From assembly GCA_010909165.1 (NCBI GenBank), contig VJWM01000108.1, positions 1 to 64,000 on the forward strand: a stretch of DNA of 64,000 nucleotides, read 5' to 3'. The notes beneath the pieces are model-generated. The model made no database searches. It was not told where the DNA came from and saw only the letters and a list, made by a program, of their open reading frames with translations. Below are positions 62,993 to 64,000 of this stretch, in pieces; the first letter of the stretch is position 1, and each line of letters starts with the position of its first letter. This stretch comes from Anthoceros angustus (lineage: Eukaryota > Plantae > Anthocerotophyta). The translations under genes were made by a program, and so were the position numbers.

Positions 62993-64000
62993 TAGCGACA
63001 AAGCGTCAGTGGCAACTAGCTCATAAGCGTCATCCCTTCGACATTTGGGGCCGCTCTCCGCTAACCGAACCCGGTCGGCACAATTCCCAAGGAACGAGAT
63101 CACCAAGGCAAGATGTGGAACTATTTGTGCCGACTCATTAGCATACACAGATCCCGTGTCATTATGGTATGGGGTCTAGTCCGAAGGGAATGACCTTTCC
63201 GTTCGCTTGCGATTTCCTACTCAGATCACCTAACTTACCCTTCTTCTCTGCATCGGCAACCTTCCTGATCACATGCTAAGAACCTGATTCCCATCTCTCT
63301 TACGGGCTCTCACTGGGAGGAACCCGCGTAGGATCGGGGTTCCACCTCCAGGCTCTGGTCCATTCCACAACAGAGGTGCGTACCTACTCTCTATATCCTC
63401 GGTAGCGTGTTACTCATCAGCAGCGTCCGCGCACCTTACTTTATGTCTCACCGTTACATTACCGTACAGGCACAGTACAGCCAAAGTTTAAGCACTCGTT
63501 CTCATCCCAGTGTCCTCTCTCACCCGTGGCTCCCTCGCCGCTCTACTCTTGTCGACCTCGTCCGCACCCTGAGATGCCTGGTTGGAGTTGCGTGTTCCGG
63601 TGGGTGGGTTGACACCTCACGCGTCATGCGACCGCTGACCAGTCGGTCCTACACGCCTCCCGTGCCTTGGTCTTCGCTCCCGCCTCAGCCACTTGGGGTC
63701 CACACGGAAGAGCGGGTCTCGACTTCTCCACACCTAACACAAGAAAGCCAAAGATAGGGGTTTGTCTCAACCCCATTTTGGCCCCAACCATCCGTAAATG
63801 CACATGTCTCATTTCACTGCTTGATTTGCGAACCCACCATGCATCCGAGCCCAAAAGAAGACCTATGTGCCCACCGTCCGCACAAATGCGGACACACCTT
63901 TGTACCAAGTGGATGATCGCACTTATGCTCCAAAGAGTCGGAGTGCACCGAACGTCGCGACTTATACTCCAAAGAGGTGCAATACACCGGGTTTGGAGAG

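Larger units (their letters stand above)
59784..63085. repeat. Tandem duplication, about 1.65 kb unit (59784-61442 / 61443-63085)
   Basis: Near-identical copies; noisy junction. Confidence 0.93.

Noticed and set aside
63090-64000. Possible LTR or other repeat at the window end
   Set aside because: No terminal motif, PBS or coding signature visible within the window.

Overview
Eukaryotic plant DNA, most likely a non-seed land plant; this is inferred from short GT-AG introns, PLS-class PPR relics and CRE-like retroelements. The assembly appears rich in small indel errors. 1-19.3 kb is nested transposons: a full-length non-chromovirus Ty3/gypsy element (2859-10618) inside a degraded host element, a CACTA end, a TnpA-like relic and CRE-like non-LTR pieces. 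Two host genes look intact: a 5-exon FET-like RRM/RanBP2-zinc-finger gene (21937-25940, minus) and a 4-exon BTB/POZ-MATH gene (42878-44538, minus). 28-40 kb and 51-59 kb are mosaics of gene fragments (three F-box paralogues, aldo-keto reductase pieces, PPR, LRR), with a chimeric module copied three times. Four 0.66-1.95 kb near-identical tandem duplications may be assembly artefacts. Tc1/mariner-like TA-flanked elements lie at 59-63 kb. The best novelty candidate is an intronless, AT-rich ORF (40478-40900) encoding a signal peptide plus a 12-cysteine mature peptide that I cannot assign to a known family. It lies in an AT-rich island that begins with a tRNA-like head and truncates an F-box copy.
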